64,000 nt of DNA from Candidatus Moraniibacteriota bacterium (GCA_041910335.1 JAYRRF010000024.1:18529-82528), one strand, 5' to 3'; positions 19,615 through 29,291 are shown, counted from the stretch's first letter. Notes: a model not told the origin generated them from the sequence alone. Numbers and translations are program-made.

Positions 19615-20517
19615 ATGGACATGATAGCGCATGCATCAACTGGTGCTTCCTCGCATGACCCTGACCAGGTCATCATCAAGCTCCAATATGAACAGGATGC
19701 CAAGTTGTATTGGCGACCAGAAGACTTGATTTATCACTTCGAGTATGACCTTCGAGATTTGTTTCATCGAGCTGGCCTTCGGGGAGTTCTCGAAGTCAAG
19801 CGTATCGGTCGTCGTGAACGTGGTATCGGCCAAGAGGGCATCGCCCTTGGTCACCCGCAGGATTTCGTCATCGAAATCAATGCCGAGTACGGTCAGCAGA
19901 ATAAGGGAAGGGCTGACGTTTGGTTCATCAAGGTGGACGCCAAGGATACGACTCCGATTCGGGAGCGTCTGACGCGCGCTTTGGCAGGAGAAAAACTTCC
20001 ATCAATACTCGAACCACCAGAAAAGCCTGAGTCGCAGCCGACTATTCCCGAAGAACCAGACGTGTCTACGGCTGATGTGCCGTGGCCTACGTTACCAGGG
20101 CAGGAAAGTTCTGTGAAGGAAGCTCTTTTTCGGCGAGATCCTCTGGGAATGACCTATTGCCTCGTGTTTTTGTGGGGTAGCGCTAACGCTGACAACCAGG
20201 TAGAAAGGGGCGTACTGACCAATATCGCCATGGAGTACTATCCAGAATTTCAGGATAAGCGCAAAACAACACCCATCCACAAGTCGTTTGGTCAAGAAGG
20301 CTTCCTCAGTCGCCTAGAAAGTGGCAACTACCAGCTTTTCCTTGAGCCCATCAAAGCCTTTGTATCAGAACATCACGATGCACTCATAGCATCACCGATG
20401 TTCTGGAAGAAAATCAAAAAGGTTGAAGGGCTTTCCCAGGGTAACCAAGGGAGGATGGCAACGCAGGAGGCGCTACGGGCAATTGAGCGCATCTATGATT
20501 TGATTTTGGAGAAATAA
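19615..20517 (+). CDS. Hypothetical protein
   Basis: 300-aa ORF, SD AAAGGA, strong terminator at 20546-20582. Confidence 0.75.
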   Translation: MDMIAHASTGASSHDPDQVIIKLQYEQDAKLYWRPEDLIYHFEYDLRDLFHRAGLRGVLEVKRIGRRERGIGQEGIALGHPQDFVIEINAEYGQQNKGRADVWFIKVDAKDTTPIRERLTRALAGEKLPSILEPPEKPESQPTIPEEPDVSTADVPWPTLPGQESSVKEALFRRDPLGMTYCLVFLWGSANADNQVERGVLTNIAMEYYPEFQDKRKTTPIHKSFGQEGFLSRLESGNYQLFLEPIKAFVSEHHDALIASPMFWKKIKKVEGLSQGNQGRMATQEALRAIERIYDLILEK

Positions 20518-20545
20518 ATAACATCCCAAATGGGATAAGGGCTGG

Positions 20546-20588
20546 AGGGCGGGACATCGAACCACGATGACCCGCCCTTTTTGCTTTT
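20546..20588 (+). terminator. Rho-independent terminator
   Basis: AGGGCGGG.CATCG-AACCA-CGATG.CCCGCCCT followed by TTTT. Confidence 0.8.
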
Positions 20589-20672
20589 GTAAAAATATAT
20601 ACCAAAAGAGAAGAGCCGCTATCCGAATAGGACAGCGGCTCATTCTGTGGATCATTGATCCTGTTGGCTGGT

Positions 20673-21146
20673 TTAGCCCGAACATTCGTAGGACTTGCCA
20701 TCGTGTTCGGCAGCGGCCTCGTAACCGCGCCAGAGGTAGACGATCTGCGGTGAGCAGTCGTTACGCAGGCGATGGTCGCCAAGAGCCTTGCGGCGCTCAG
20801 CGAAGTCCTTGTGGTCGCGGGCGCTCTGTTCGAACGTGCCCCAGTCGTTATCGACCGTGAGTCTGTCGAAGACCTCCGGCCAGGCAGCTTTCACCACTCT
20901 TCGCCGTTCGGCAAAGATGGCCGCCTTTTCGTTCTCTGGGCAGAAAGTACCGCAAGCCACGAACTTGCGGAAGTTCCTTTCCACAGCCGGGTCTCGGCGT
21001 ACCAGCTCGCTGGCTAGGCTGCCGATGCGATCATCCATTATTCCCAAGCGGCTTCCGGGATAAACCCAGCTGCAGCCATTGGGCAGGATGATCAGGGTGA
21101 ATAGCAACAAGGCCGCTATTCCCAGGCTCAAGAGTACTTTCTTCAC
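20673..21146 (-). CDS. Membrane-anchored/secreted 4-Cys hypothetical protein (paralog of 40217-40762)
   Basis: GTG start after SD AGAGGAG; TTGACT/TACACT promoter; terminator GAGCCGCT...AGCGGCTC at 20613-20641. Confidence 0.75.
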   Translation of the reverse strand: MKKVLLSLGIAALLLFTLIILPNGCSWVYPGSRLGIMDDRIGSLASELVRRDPAVERNFRKFVACGTFCPENEKAAIFAERRRVVKAAWPEVFDRLTVDNDWGTFEQSARDHKDFAERRKALGDHRLRNDCSPQIVYLWRGYEAAAEHDGKSYECSG

Positions 21147-21201
21147 GCGCAATCTCCTCTGAAATGGCGTGAATAGTGTAGCACTCTTTTGAAAAAAGTC
21201 A

Positions 21202-21780
21202 ATGGACACCAAGAAGCACATTAAGAAGCAGTCGTCTCTCAAGAGGCAGCTTCAGCAGCTTGGCAAGTCAGTCGATGGTGTGGAGGAGGCTTACCGCCAA
21301 ATCCGCGAAGTGGCTGATCTTCACCATCATGCCAAGTCTGGTGGCTACGAAAAAGCACTGGGCCGAGCAGGTACCGCTATCCGCAGTGCCCGTGAGGTGG
21401 TGGAACATGAAGATGCTGGTGTCAACGCTCGAGGTATGATCACTCGGGCAAACAATGCCAAGACCGACGCCGTCAGCATGGCGCATCAGCCGAAGCCTGA
21501 CTGGATCGGTGCCATGATGACGCTTGATGCAGTAAGCGAGCTTGCTCGCCAAGCACAGGCCGAGGCAGAGCGTGATATCGGTTCAGCCGAAGAAGCTCGT
21601 CAAAGAGCAGCTCGCCGTCGTCGCGATGAAGAAGATCGTCGTCGCCGACAACGGGACGATGATTCTTCCGATGACGGATACGGTGGAGGCAGATCTTCGT
21701 CGTCCAATTCTTCAGGAGGCGTTTTTGGCGGTTTCGGCGGGGGCAACTCTGGTGGTGGTGGCGCTACCGGTAGCTGGTAG
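21202..21780 (+). CDS. Helical protein with Gly-rich GGFGGG..GGGGATGSW tail; possibly a 5'-truncated TPM-type gene
   Basis: The tail is typical of TPM/DUF477-type proteins but the N-terminal domain is absent; terminator at 21817-21855. Confidence 0.55.
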   Translation: MDTKKHIKKQSSLKRQLQQLGKSVDGVEEAYRQIREVADLHHHAKSGGYEKALGRAGTAIRSAREVVEHEDAGVNARGMITRANNAKTDAVSMAHQPKPDWIGAMMTLDAVSELARQAQAEAERDIGSAEEARQRAARRRRDEEDRRRRQRDDDSSDDGYGGGRSSSSNSSGGVFGGFGGGNSGGGGATGSW

Positions 21781-21816
21781 GCTCGACCCTCTAGTCGAGT
21801 AAATGTGTGTACCTTG

Positions 21817-21855
21817 GGGAGGTGGCTTCAGCTGAAGCTACCTCCCTCTCTTTTT
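21817..21855 (+). terminator. Rho-independent terminator
   Basis: GGGAGGTGGCTTCA-GC-TGAAGCTACCTCCC followed by TCTCTTTTT. Confidence 0.8.
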
Positions 21856-21866
21856 ATCCGGAGGCA

Positions 21867-21901
21867 TACTTTTTGCTTTTGTAGAGGGGAAAGAGTAGAA
21901 T
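21867..21901 (+). repeat. 35-bp direct repeat, copy 1 (contains promoter TTGCTT-N17-TAGAAT)
   Basis: TACTTTTTGCTTTTGTAGAGGGGAAAGAGTAGAAT; 34/35 identical to 22680-22714. Confidence 0.9.
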
Positions 21902-21908
21902 TTTAGGT

Positions 21909-22553
21909 ATGAATACACCACAATCAACAAAACAATTAGTATTTATTGATGATTCGGGTGATCCTGGCTTTAAGTTGGAACAGGGTTCTACGAGCCACTT
22001 TGTAATAGCATGCGTGATTTTTGATGATACTTTAGATGCTGAGGAAGCAGCCTTGATAATAAAAAAGTATAGGCGCGAGCTTGGCTGGTCTGACCAGCGA
22101 GAGTTTAAGTTTAACAAAACAAATAAAAAGCTGATCAAAGAGCTTTTAGAAAGATTGCAAGGCGTAGGTTTTCGGGTGAGGGCAATTTGTATTGATAAAA
22201 AAAGAATCTATAGTCATGAGCTCAAAAATAAGCAAGACTCTTTCTATAACTACGCTATCAAGGAAGTTTTGGAAAAAACAAAAACTCTCAGTCATGCTAG
22301 CGTAAAGCTCGATGGGCATTCTGGACGTACCTACAAAAAATCAGCCATCACTTATTTGCGGAGAGAGGTAAATAAAAAATCATCAAAAATAGCGAAGGTA
22401 AAGTTTGTCCATTCTCATTCAGATGTGCTTATTCAGCTCGCTGACCTAGTAGCAGGAGCTATACTGAGATCTACTCAAGAGACTAAAACTGACCATAAAG
22501 ACTACCTTCAAATTATCCAAAAAAAAGTAGAAGATGTTTGGTATTTTGGATAA
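21909..22553 (+). CDS. DUF3800 domain protein (RNase H-like fold)
   Basis: VFIDDSGDPG...EFKFNK...LIQLADLVAGAI motifs. Confidence 0.85.
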   Translation: MNTPQSTKQLVFIDDSGDPGFKLEQGSTSHFVIACVIFDDTLDAEEAALIIKKYRRELGWSDQREFKFNKTNKKLIKELLERLQGVGFRVRAICIDKKRIYSHELKNKQDSFYNYAIKEVLEKTKTLSHASVKLDGHSGRTYKKSAITYLRREVNKKSSKIAKVKFVHSHSDVLIQLADLVAGAILRSTQETKTDHKDYLQIIQKKVEDVWYFG

Positions 22554-22554
22554 A

Positions 22555-22631
22555 ATCAAAACCGACTCCTATCCTAGATGTCCTAGGCACGCACACCATA
22601 CGGTGACAGTTCAGAGCCGGTTTCATTTGTA
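22555..22631 (-). ncRNA. Candidate DUF3800-associated structured ncRNA (three-stem junction), convergent on the DUF3800 gene
   Basis: Minus strand AAACCGGCUC/GAGUCGGUUU closing stem (G-U pair only in this orientation), inner hairpins CACC-GUAU-GGUG and CCUAG-GACAU-CUAGG, own consensus promoter. Confidence 0.7.
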
Positions 22632-22636
22632 CTGGA

Positions 22637-22664
22637 ATTATAGCATCTGAAGGGTTTTTGTCAA
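22637..22664 (-). promoter_or_regulatory. Consensus sigma70 promoter for the ncRNA
   Basis: TTGACA (22664-22659), 16-nt spacer ending in TGC, TATAAT (22642-22637); no annotated ORF downstream on this strand. Confidence 0.8.
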
Positions 22665-22679
22665 GGTACCAAGAAACGG

Positions 22680-22714
22680 TACTTTTTGCTTTTGTAGAGG
22701 GGAAAGGGTAGAAT
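22680..22714 (+). repeat. 35-bp direct repeat, copy 2 (promoter of the helicase gene)
   Basis: TACTTTTTGCTTTTGTAGAGGGGAAAGGGTAGAAT. Confidence 0.9.
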
Positions 22715-22742
22715 AGGGGTATATTTTCCTAATTTTAGACTC

Positions 22743-25700
22743 ATGTCTTACTCTAAGATTATTGACAATAAAAGGGTGTCCTTGAAGGATGTTCTTTTAG
22801 ACGTATCGAAAAACTTTTCTGAACTCTCAATTGCCACTGGTTATTGGGATATTGAGGGCATGAGGTTGGTTCTGAATTCAATAAAGGAGTATAAAAAAGT
22901 CCGTATCCTTATAGGAAGAGAGCCTTTACTGAAGAGAGATAATAAGACCGGTATCGATCAACCTGAACCAGACTATCCAGATCAGGATTTTTTTGAAGAT
23001 CTTCAAAGAATCAGCCCTTCTTCGGAATTAAAGCAAGTTGTTATAGCGTTGAAAAAACTGATCGACAACGGTCAGTTAGAGGTAAAAGTATATCGCAGGT
23101 CATTTTTACATGCAAAATGCTACATTTTTGGAAATTATGAGTCAACGGAAGCAGTAGGAATCATTGGTTCTTCGAATTTTACTAGAAATGGCATGACCTC
23201 TAACTCTGAATTAAATTCACTCGAATCAGATCATCGAGTAGTTGCATTTAGACCACAGACTGAACAGCAAGAAGTTGGACATTTATATTGGTTCGATAAT
23301 CTTTGGGATGATGCACTGACGGAGGATTGGACAGGAAAATTTATCGAATTAGTACGTACCTCACCACATGGTGATCTTTTGAATAGTCCTCGTGATATGT
23401 ATTTACGTACACTCTATGAGCTTTATCGTCATGAAATTGAACAGGAAGAGGAGGACATTATTAATCCTACCTCGAAAAAACTTTTTGAATTTCAAGAAAA
23501 AAATGTCAAAAATTTAAAGAGAATTTTAGATACTTACGGAGTTGCCATGCTAGCTGATTCGGTAGGGCTTGGTAAAACTATTTCTGCAATGGGCGTGATT
23601 AAACAATATAAAAATCAACGCGTAGTTGTTATTGCACCAAAAACGCTTGGTCAACAATGGGAGCAAGAGTTAGCTCAAGAGGATCTTCATAATGTCCGGG
23701 TTGTTTCTTTACAAAACAGACAAGAGATTGAAGAGCAGATAAATATTGATCAGTACAGCTCACCAGCACTCTTTGTGATTGATGAATCTCATAACCTCCG
23801 ATCCAACAATGGAACACGTTATGAATTGATTTCAGATTGGATTTCGAGCTCGTACAATGAAGAATCACATGTGCTGCTTTGTACAGCTACCCCAATCAAT
23901 AACTCGCTTACTGATCTTACGAGTCAAATTCTTCTTGGCGCACGTGGAGATCAGGATATTTTTACTTTGGCCGTTAAGACATACGGAGGACAAGTGGTGA
24001 CGAGGTCTTTTTATGAAGCCATTGATAATATAAGAAAACGTATTCAGCAAGATATTGCTCAGGGAGGAGAGAACTTAGAAGAAATTTATTTGGAGGCTCG
24101 TATTACCTTGGAGCCTATTATTCGTAATTTTGTAGTACGCAATACTCGTCAAAGTATCGGTTCATTGATTTCAGAGAATGGTGATGTACAAAATTTCCCA
24201 GAAGTAAAGATCAACAACACTAAATATCAGCCAGTACAGGTGCCACTTACCATCAGTGAACGACATCAGAAAATAACAAGTCATTCTATTGAGCAATTAG
24301 CTGATACGATGGATCGACTTAAGCATCCTATGCGTCAGATTGATGATCTTGATGTTGAGGGTGTTGCTCCCGAAAATGCAAACTCAATTTATCGTATATA
24401 CCAGCTGATTCTTGGGCTCTCGTTTGTGCCGTATCGGTGGTATATGTATGACTTTAGGCTTTATGATAAGACGAGAGATGAGTTGAGAAATATGCGCTTG
24501 TCTGGCTCCGACCTGATGAAAATCAATATGCAATTGAGCCTTTATGGAATCATGAGAACGCTTTTCTTGAAGCGCTTAGAATCATCAGCGTATGCTCTGG
24601 AAGTTTCATTGAAACGATACTTAAATCGATTGCAAGTATTTGAGCAGATTCTTCGTGATGAAAATATAATTATCAACCTCTCCGAAGTTGCCGATATCTT
24701 AGATGAGTATTCTCCAGATGACGGAGACCAGATTACTTATTCGACAGAGGAATTGTTGGAAAAGGCTCGCAAAAATCCAGAAGAAGTAGATAAGAATTTT
24801 AATAAGACAGTGCTACTTGAAGATATCCATATAGAGAAAGATCTTATCTCTGAAATCATTGGTCTTGTGGCTACCATAAAATCTACAGATCCAAAAATTA
24901 AAGATTTAAAGAGAAAATTAAAGGATTCGTATAGAGAAGATCCAGCCAAAAAGATACTCATCTTTACTTTTTTTGCTGACACTATAGATTACATTGAAAA
25001 AGAATTAGGGACTGATCCTGATATGAAGGAAGTTTTTAATCAGTCAGCTTTTGTTTCAGGAAGGGACAGAAGGCATGCTCTGCACTGTGCAAATCGTTTT
25101 GCTCCAGAAGCCAAGGGCGCGCAAAGTCTCGTAGCAGAAGAAGGTGAAATTACTTATCTTTTTGCTACAGATGTTCTTTCGGAAGGTCAAAACTTGCAAG
25201 ATTGTGGAGAGATTATCAATTATGATCTTCACTGGAATCCGGTGCGCATGGTACAGCGCAATGGTCGTATCAATCGATTGGGTACCAAACATGAAACAGT
25301 GTGGGTTGATAATTTTGTGCCAGGTGATGATCTGGAGCTCTTTTTGGGTATCATGGATCGATTAAACAAAAAGATTGAATTGATTAAACATGCTATAGGA
25401 AATGACTCTTCTATTTTTGGAGAAACTATAGATGCACGTAGCTACACAGATCTTTATAGTGATGATGCAAATAGAGCCTCGATTGCTTATGATCAACTTG
25501 AGACAAGTATAGACGCCTTTTCTGACGATATCTTTTTGAAAGATCTTAAGCACTTTCTAAAAAAAGCTACAGATGAAGAAATTCGTCAAATGAAGCGTAT
25601 CCCGTATGGATCATGGGGGATTGTACCTCAAGGTCTTACTGATCCCAATGATGTGATTCTGTTTTCCAAATTAGCGTATACAAACGGGATTACAAAAAAT

Positions 25701-26168
25701 ATTTTCTTTGGAAATGATAGAGAGGCTTTTGGAATAGGAATTATTCAAAATACCTTAGCATTGCAAATGCTTCGTTCTAGTTTGGAAGATAAGCCGTTGG
25801 ATACAATTTTGTTAGACAAAGAAAAGCAAATTCAAACCATGTTTCGCAGGGGACCCCAAATTGCCAGAGATACGAATGTAGATAGTTCACTGACTCCTAC
25901 CAAGGAAAGAGTATTGAACGAATCAAGGGTATACGGATGGAGTGCCGAAGAAATAGACAAATTACGTTCCACTCTTTCTACACGCAATGTAAATCTTGGA
26001 CGAAAAGTTAGTCGTATTGTTCGACTTATCAATGCAGCTATCAAAGAAAATATTTCAACAGAAAGTTATTATAGAGATCTCAAGAAGCTTTTAGTGGAAC
26101 CTTCTGAATCAGCGATGGTGACGGATGTACAGTTTTTGCTTGGGTATACTGATCATTACTCACGATAA
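22743..26168 (+). CDS. PLD-nuclease domain + SNF2-like SF2 helicase
   Basis: FLHAKCYIF...GSSNFT; LADSVGLGKT, VIDESHN, TATPINN, TDVLSEGQNLQ, QRNGRINR. Confidence 0.9.
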   Translation: MSYSKIIDNKRVSLKDVLLDVSKNFSELSIATGYWDIEGMRLVLNSIKEYKKVRILIGREPLLKRDNKTGIDQPEPDYPDQDFFEDLQRISPSSELKQVVIALKKLIDNGQLEVKVYRRSFLHAKCYIFGNYESTEAVGIIGSSNFTRNGMTSNSELNSLESDHRVVAFRPQTEQQEVGHLYWFDNLWDDALTEDWTGKFIELVRTSPHGDLLNSPRDMYLRTLYELYRHEIEQEEEDIINPTSKKLFEFQEKNVKNLKRILDTYGVAMLADSVGLGKTISAMGVIKQYKNQRVVVIAPKTLGQQWEQELAQEDLHNVRVVSLQNRQEIEEQINIDQYSSPALFVIDESHNLRSNNGTRYELISDWISSSYNEESHVLLCTATPINNSLTDLTSQILLGARGDQDIFTLAVKTYGGQVVTRSFYEAIDNIRKRIQQDIAQGGENLEEIYLEARITLEPIIRNFVVRNTRQSIGSLISENGDVQNFPEVKINNTKYQPVQVPLTISERHQKITSHSIEQLADTMDRLKHPMRQIDDLDVEGVAPENANSIYRIYQLILGLSFVPYRWYMYDFRLYDKTRDELRNMRLSGSDLMKINMQLSLYGIMRTLFLKRLESSAYALEVSLKRYLNRLQVFEQILRDENIIINLSEVADILDEYSPDDGDQITYSTEELLEKARKNPEEVDKNFNKTVLLEDIHIEKDLISEIIGLVATIKSTDPKIKDLKRKLKDSYREDPAKKILIFTFFADTIDYIEKELGTDPDMKEVFNQSAFVSGRDRRHALHCANRFAPEAKGAQSLVAEEGEITYLFATDVLSEGQNLQDCGEIINYDLHWNPVRMVQRNGRINRLGTKHETVWVDNFVPGDDLELFLGIMDRLNKKIELIKHAIGNDSSIFGETIDARSYTDLYSDDANRASIAYDQLETSIDAFSDDIFLKDLKHFLKKATDEEIRQMKRIPYGSWGIVPQGLTDPNDVILFSKLAYTNGITKNIFFGNDREAFGIGIIQNTLALQMLRSSLEDKPLDTILLDKEKQIQTMFRRGPQIARDTNVDSSLTPTKERVLNESRVYGWSAEEIDKLRSTLSTRNVNLGRKVSRIVRLINAAIKENISTESYYRDLKKLLVEPSESAMVTDVQFLLGYTDHYSR

Positions 26169-29100
26169 TGAATTACGATCAAATCAATCAACAATTAGAG
26201 ACAATACGCAAAACTAAAAACATTGAAGATGTGCAGTCTTTGGTGTGTCTTTTGCTTGAGCCGCTAGGTATTGTAGGATGCAAGCCTGAAGAATTACTTA
26301 ATCATAGCTCGGTACAACGTGAATTTTCTCGTTTCATGCCCGCACAAGGGTTCAGAGATCGAGCTGCTGCTTATACCATCAAACATACGTCGGATTTGCC
26401 GGTAGATATCAAACTCTACTGGATCAAAAAAACCACCAAAGCCAATCTTTCATGGCTCATGGCTCTTACTCCTAATTACGAAGACAACCCAGAGATTAAT
26501 ACCTCTATGAATCTGGGCATCGATATTATAGTTTCAGAGAATTGTGAAAGTATCTATCTGGTACTTTCAAGTATGCTCAAAGTTCGAGTATTGGAGTTAA
26601 ATGGGGTTCTCTCTCATACTCAGAGAGAAATACTTGAGAACTGGCAGAAAATAGGTTCTACTACAGATTCTCAATCAGAGAACTTCAAGCAAGAATTGCA
26701 TAAACTTCTTTGGAAGAGTTTTGACTTTGAGCCGATCAACCGTAAATTCTATCAAGAACTTGTCACACAGTTTGATCATCTAGTCCTTCATCTCAAGCCT
26801 ATAGTTGGGGAGGCATCGGCCAAGATGTTTGCAGTGAGGTTTATCGGAAGAACACTCTTTTTGTGGTTTCTCCGCAAAAAGGATTTTATCAATCCAGAGA
26901 AAGAATACTTCAATGTTTCAGGAAGTGATGATCAGAGTCTTTACTACCATTCCAAGTTAGAATCATTGTTTTTTGAGGTGCTCAACACTGAGGTAAAATC
27001 ACGTAGTTTTGATGATTTTGTGACTCCATTTCTTAATGGAGGGCTATTTGAGCCAATAGAAACAGATTTTTATAGGGATGAGAAGCTGACTTTTCCAGAA
27101 GGATTCTTCACTCAGTTCTTTGATGTCCTTAATCGCTATAATTTCACCGTAGATGAGGGTACTTCTGAGTATGAGCAAGTGGCGGTGGATCCAGAAATGT
27201 TGGGACGAGTATTTGAGAATCTCCTCGCTTCTATCAATGATGAGACAGGCGGGCAGGCCCGTAAGTCTAAAGGAGCTTTTTATACACCTCGTGAGATTGT
27301 GGACTATATGTGCAAGCAGTCTCTCATAGAGTATTTAAAAACAAAGCTTCCAGATACCGCTAATCGAGATCGTCGTATAGAAGAACTTGTCACTATGGAC
27401 GAGGCCACATTTCGTGATCAGGATCACAACAAGCGTCGTGACTGGAAGAAAGATCTTGGTCAAGAGACTGTACTAAAAGCCCTTGATGAATTACGTATCC
27501 TTGATCCGGCAGTTGGGTCGGGCGCTTTTCCTATGGGTATGCTGAATCTCTTGGTCAAGGTCTATACACGTATTGATACTAGCAGAGAGAAAGATCTTGC
27601 TACGCTCAAAAGAGAAATTCTTTCTCGATCGCTCTATGGTGTAGATATAGATCAGATGGCTATACAGATTAGTCGTCTCCGAGCCTGGCTTTCTATTTTG
27701 GTAGATATGGAGAGTCTCAAAAAAATTGATCCGCTGCCAAACCTAGACTTCAAGTTTGTTTGTGCTAATACGTTGATAGCCCTTGATGAAGGGCCAAATA
27801 GTTTATTTGATACTGATATAGAACTCAAAAAACATTTGATAGATCTTAGGGATAAGTACTACGCTGCTACACGTAAGGTAGACAAAGGGAAAATTAGAAA
27901 AGAATATCTATTTTCTATTCAAAAGGGAGGCGAATTATTCGCTTCCAAAAGAGAATTGCAGTTGAGGGATTATAATCCTTTTAATCCTCTTAATTCTACC
28001 AATTTCTATGATCCTGAACTCATGCACGGAGTGGAGAGTTTTGATGTCGTGATAGGTAATCCGCCATACGTGCAGCTTCAAAAGTTTGCCCGTACTCAAA
28101 TTCAGAAAGATTTAGAGAATGAAAAATACCAAACCTTTGCAAAAACAGGAGATTTATACGCTCTCTTTTACGAAAAAGGATTGAATCTTACCAGTCTAGA
28201 TTCAGGTTTGCTCTGTTACATTACGAGCAACAAGTGGATGAGGGCGGGGTATGGCGAAAGTCTTCGTAGATATTTTGTGCAACACAATCCGCTTCTTTTG
28301 CTAGATTTAGGAAGTGGTGTGTTTGAGAGTGCTACGGTAGATAGTAATATTTTATTGATTCAGAATACCTTAAATAAAGGAGAAACAAAGGCAGTCACGA
28401 TTAAGGATAATAAGAAAAGTTTTTCTACTCAGTTGCAAGAACATGGATCAGTGGTAAATTTTGATTCAAGTGGTCCGTGGTTTATTGGTACTCAAGTAGA
28501 GATTAATCTAAAAAATAAAATTGAGACAAATGGAAAACCTCTTAAAGATTGGGATGTTTCAATTAACTATGGTATAAAGACCGGCCTTAATGAAGCTTTT
28601 ATTATTAATCAGGAAAAACGAGATGAGTTGATTGCTCAGGATCTAAAAAGTGAAGAAATTATTAAGCCTATTTTGCGAGGAAGGGATATAAAGAGATATT
28701 CCTACAATTTTTCAGGTCTATATTTGTTAATGACAGGTTTTGATTTTGACATTCCAGTGGAATACCCTGTCGTTTTTAATCATCTGAAGCAGTTTGAAGA
28801 AAAGGCAAAGAAAAGAGATGATCAGGGTAAAAATTGGTGGAATTTGAGAGCATGCGTTTATTATGATGAGTTTGAAAAAGAAAAAATAGTATGGGGAAAT
28901 ATAGCATACAATTCCACTTTTTCAGTGCTAGGTAGTAGCTATTACTTAAATGCTCCTGGAAACCTTATAACTTCTAATTCCACTAGTTTAAAGTTTTTGT
29001 TAGGTTGTTTAAATTCGAAAATATTCAATTGGGAATTCAAAAAAGAAGGTATATTTTTAGGGAATGCTTATGAATGGAAGAAGCAGTATGTAGAACAGAT

Positions 29101-29287
29101 TCACTTGCCATTGAAACAAGATTCACAAAGTATTAAAAAAATTGAGAGTATTGTTGAAAAAATCATATACTTAAAAAAAATAAATCTTGATGCAGACACC
29201 AAAGATCTAGAAGCTCAAATTGATCAGCTTGTTTATCACCTTTATGACCTAACAGAAGATGAAATTAAGATAATTGAAGAATCTTAA
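26168..29287 (+). CDS. Eco57I/type IIG-like N6-adenine DNA methyltransferase with TaqI-like C-terminal TRD
   Basis: GAFYTPREIV, LDPAVGSGAF, VIGNPPY, PILRGRDIKRY; TAATG overlap with the helicase gene. Confidence 0.9.
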   Translation: MNYDQINQQLETIRKTKNIEDVQSLVCLLLEPLGIVGCKPEELLNHSSVQREFSRFMPAQGFRDRAAAYTIKHTSDLPVDIKLYWIKKTTKANLSWLMALTPNYEDNPEINTSMNLGIDIIVSENCESIYLVLSSMLKVRVLELNGVLSHTQREILENWQKIGSTTDSQSENFKQELHKLLWKSFDFEPINRKFYQELVTQFDHLVLHLKPIVGEASAKMFAVRFIGRTLFLWFLRKKDFINPEKEYFNVSGSDDQSLYYHSKLESLFFEVLNTEVKSRSFDDFVTPFLNGGLFEPIETDFYRDEKLTFPEGFFTQFFDVLNRYNFTVDEGTSEYEQVAVDPEMLGRVFENLLASINDETGGQARKSKGAFYTPREIVDYMCKQSLIEYLKTKLPDTANRDRRIEELVTMDEATFRDQDHNKRRDWKKDLGQETVLKALDELRILDPAVGSGAFPMGMLNLLVKVYTRIDTSREKDLATLKREILSRSLYGVDIDQMAIQISRLRAWLSILVDMESLKKIDPLPNLDFKFVCANTLIALDEGPNSLFDTDIELKKHLIDLRDKYYAATRKVDKGKIRKEYLFSIQKGGELFASKRELQLRDYNPFNPLNSTNFYDPELMHGVESFDVVIGNPPYVQLQKFARTQIQKDLENEKYQTFAKTGDLYALFYEKGLNLTSLDSGLLCYITSNKWMRAGYGESLRRYFVQHNPLLLLDLGSGVFESATVDSNILLIQNTLNKGETKAVTIKDNKKSFSTQLQEHGSVVNFDSSGPWFIGTQVEINLKNKIETNGKPLKDWDVSINYGIKTGLNEAFIINQEKRDELIAQDLKSEEIIKPILRGRDIKRYSYNFSGLYLLMTGFDFDIPVEYPVVFNHLKQFEEKAKKRDDQGKNWWNLRACVYYDEFEKEKIVWGNIAYNSTFSVLGSSYYLNAPGNLITSNSTSLKFLLGCLNSKIFNWEFKKEGIFLGNAYEWKKQYVEQIHLPLKQDSQSIKKIESIVEKIIYLKKINLDADTKDLEAQIDQLVYHLYDLTEDEIKIIEES

Positions 29288-29291
29288 TGTC

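Noticed and set aside
22555-22631. tRNA gene, given its tRNA-like size and multi-stem fold
   Set aside because: No TTCRA T-loop, no 7-nt anticodon loop, no CCA, and only two inner hairpins; kept as a non-tRNA ncRNA
21867-22714. CRISPR repeat pair or IS element
   Set aside because: Only two full copies 813 bp apart, no cas genes, no terminal inverted repeats and no recognisable transposase
22743-29287. Complete DISARM or BREX system
   Set aside because: No DrmA/DrmB, PglZ or BrxC-type genes in the island
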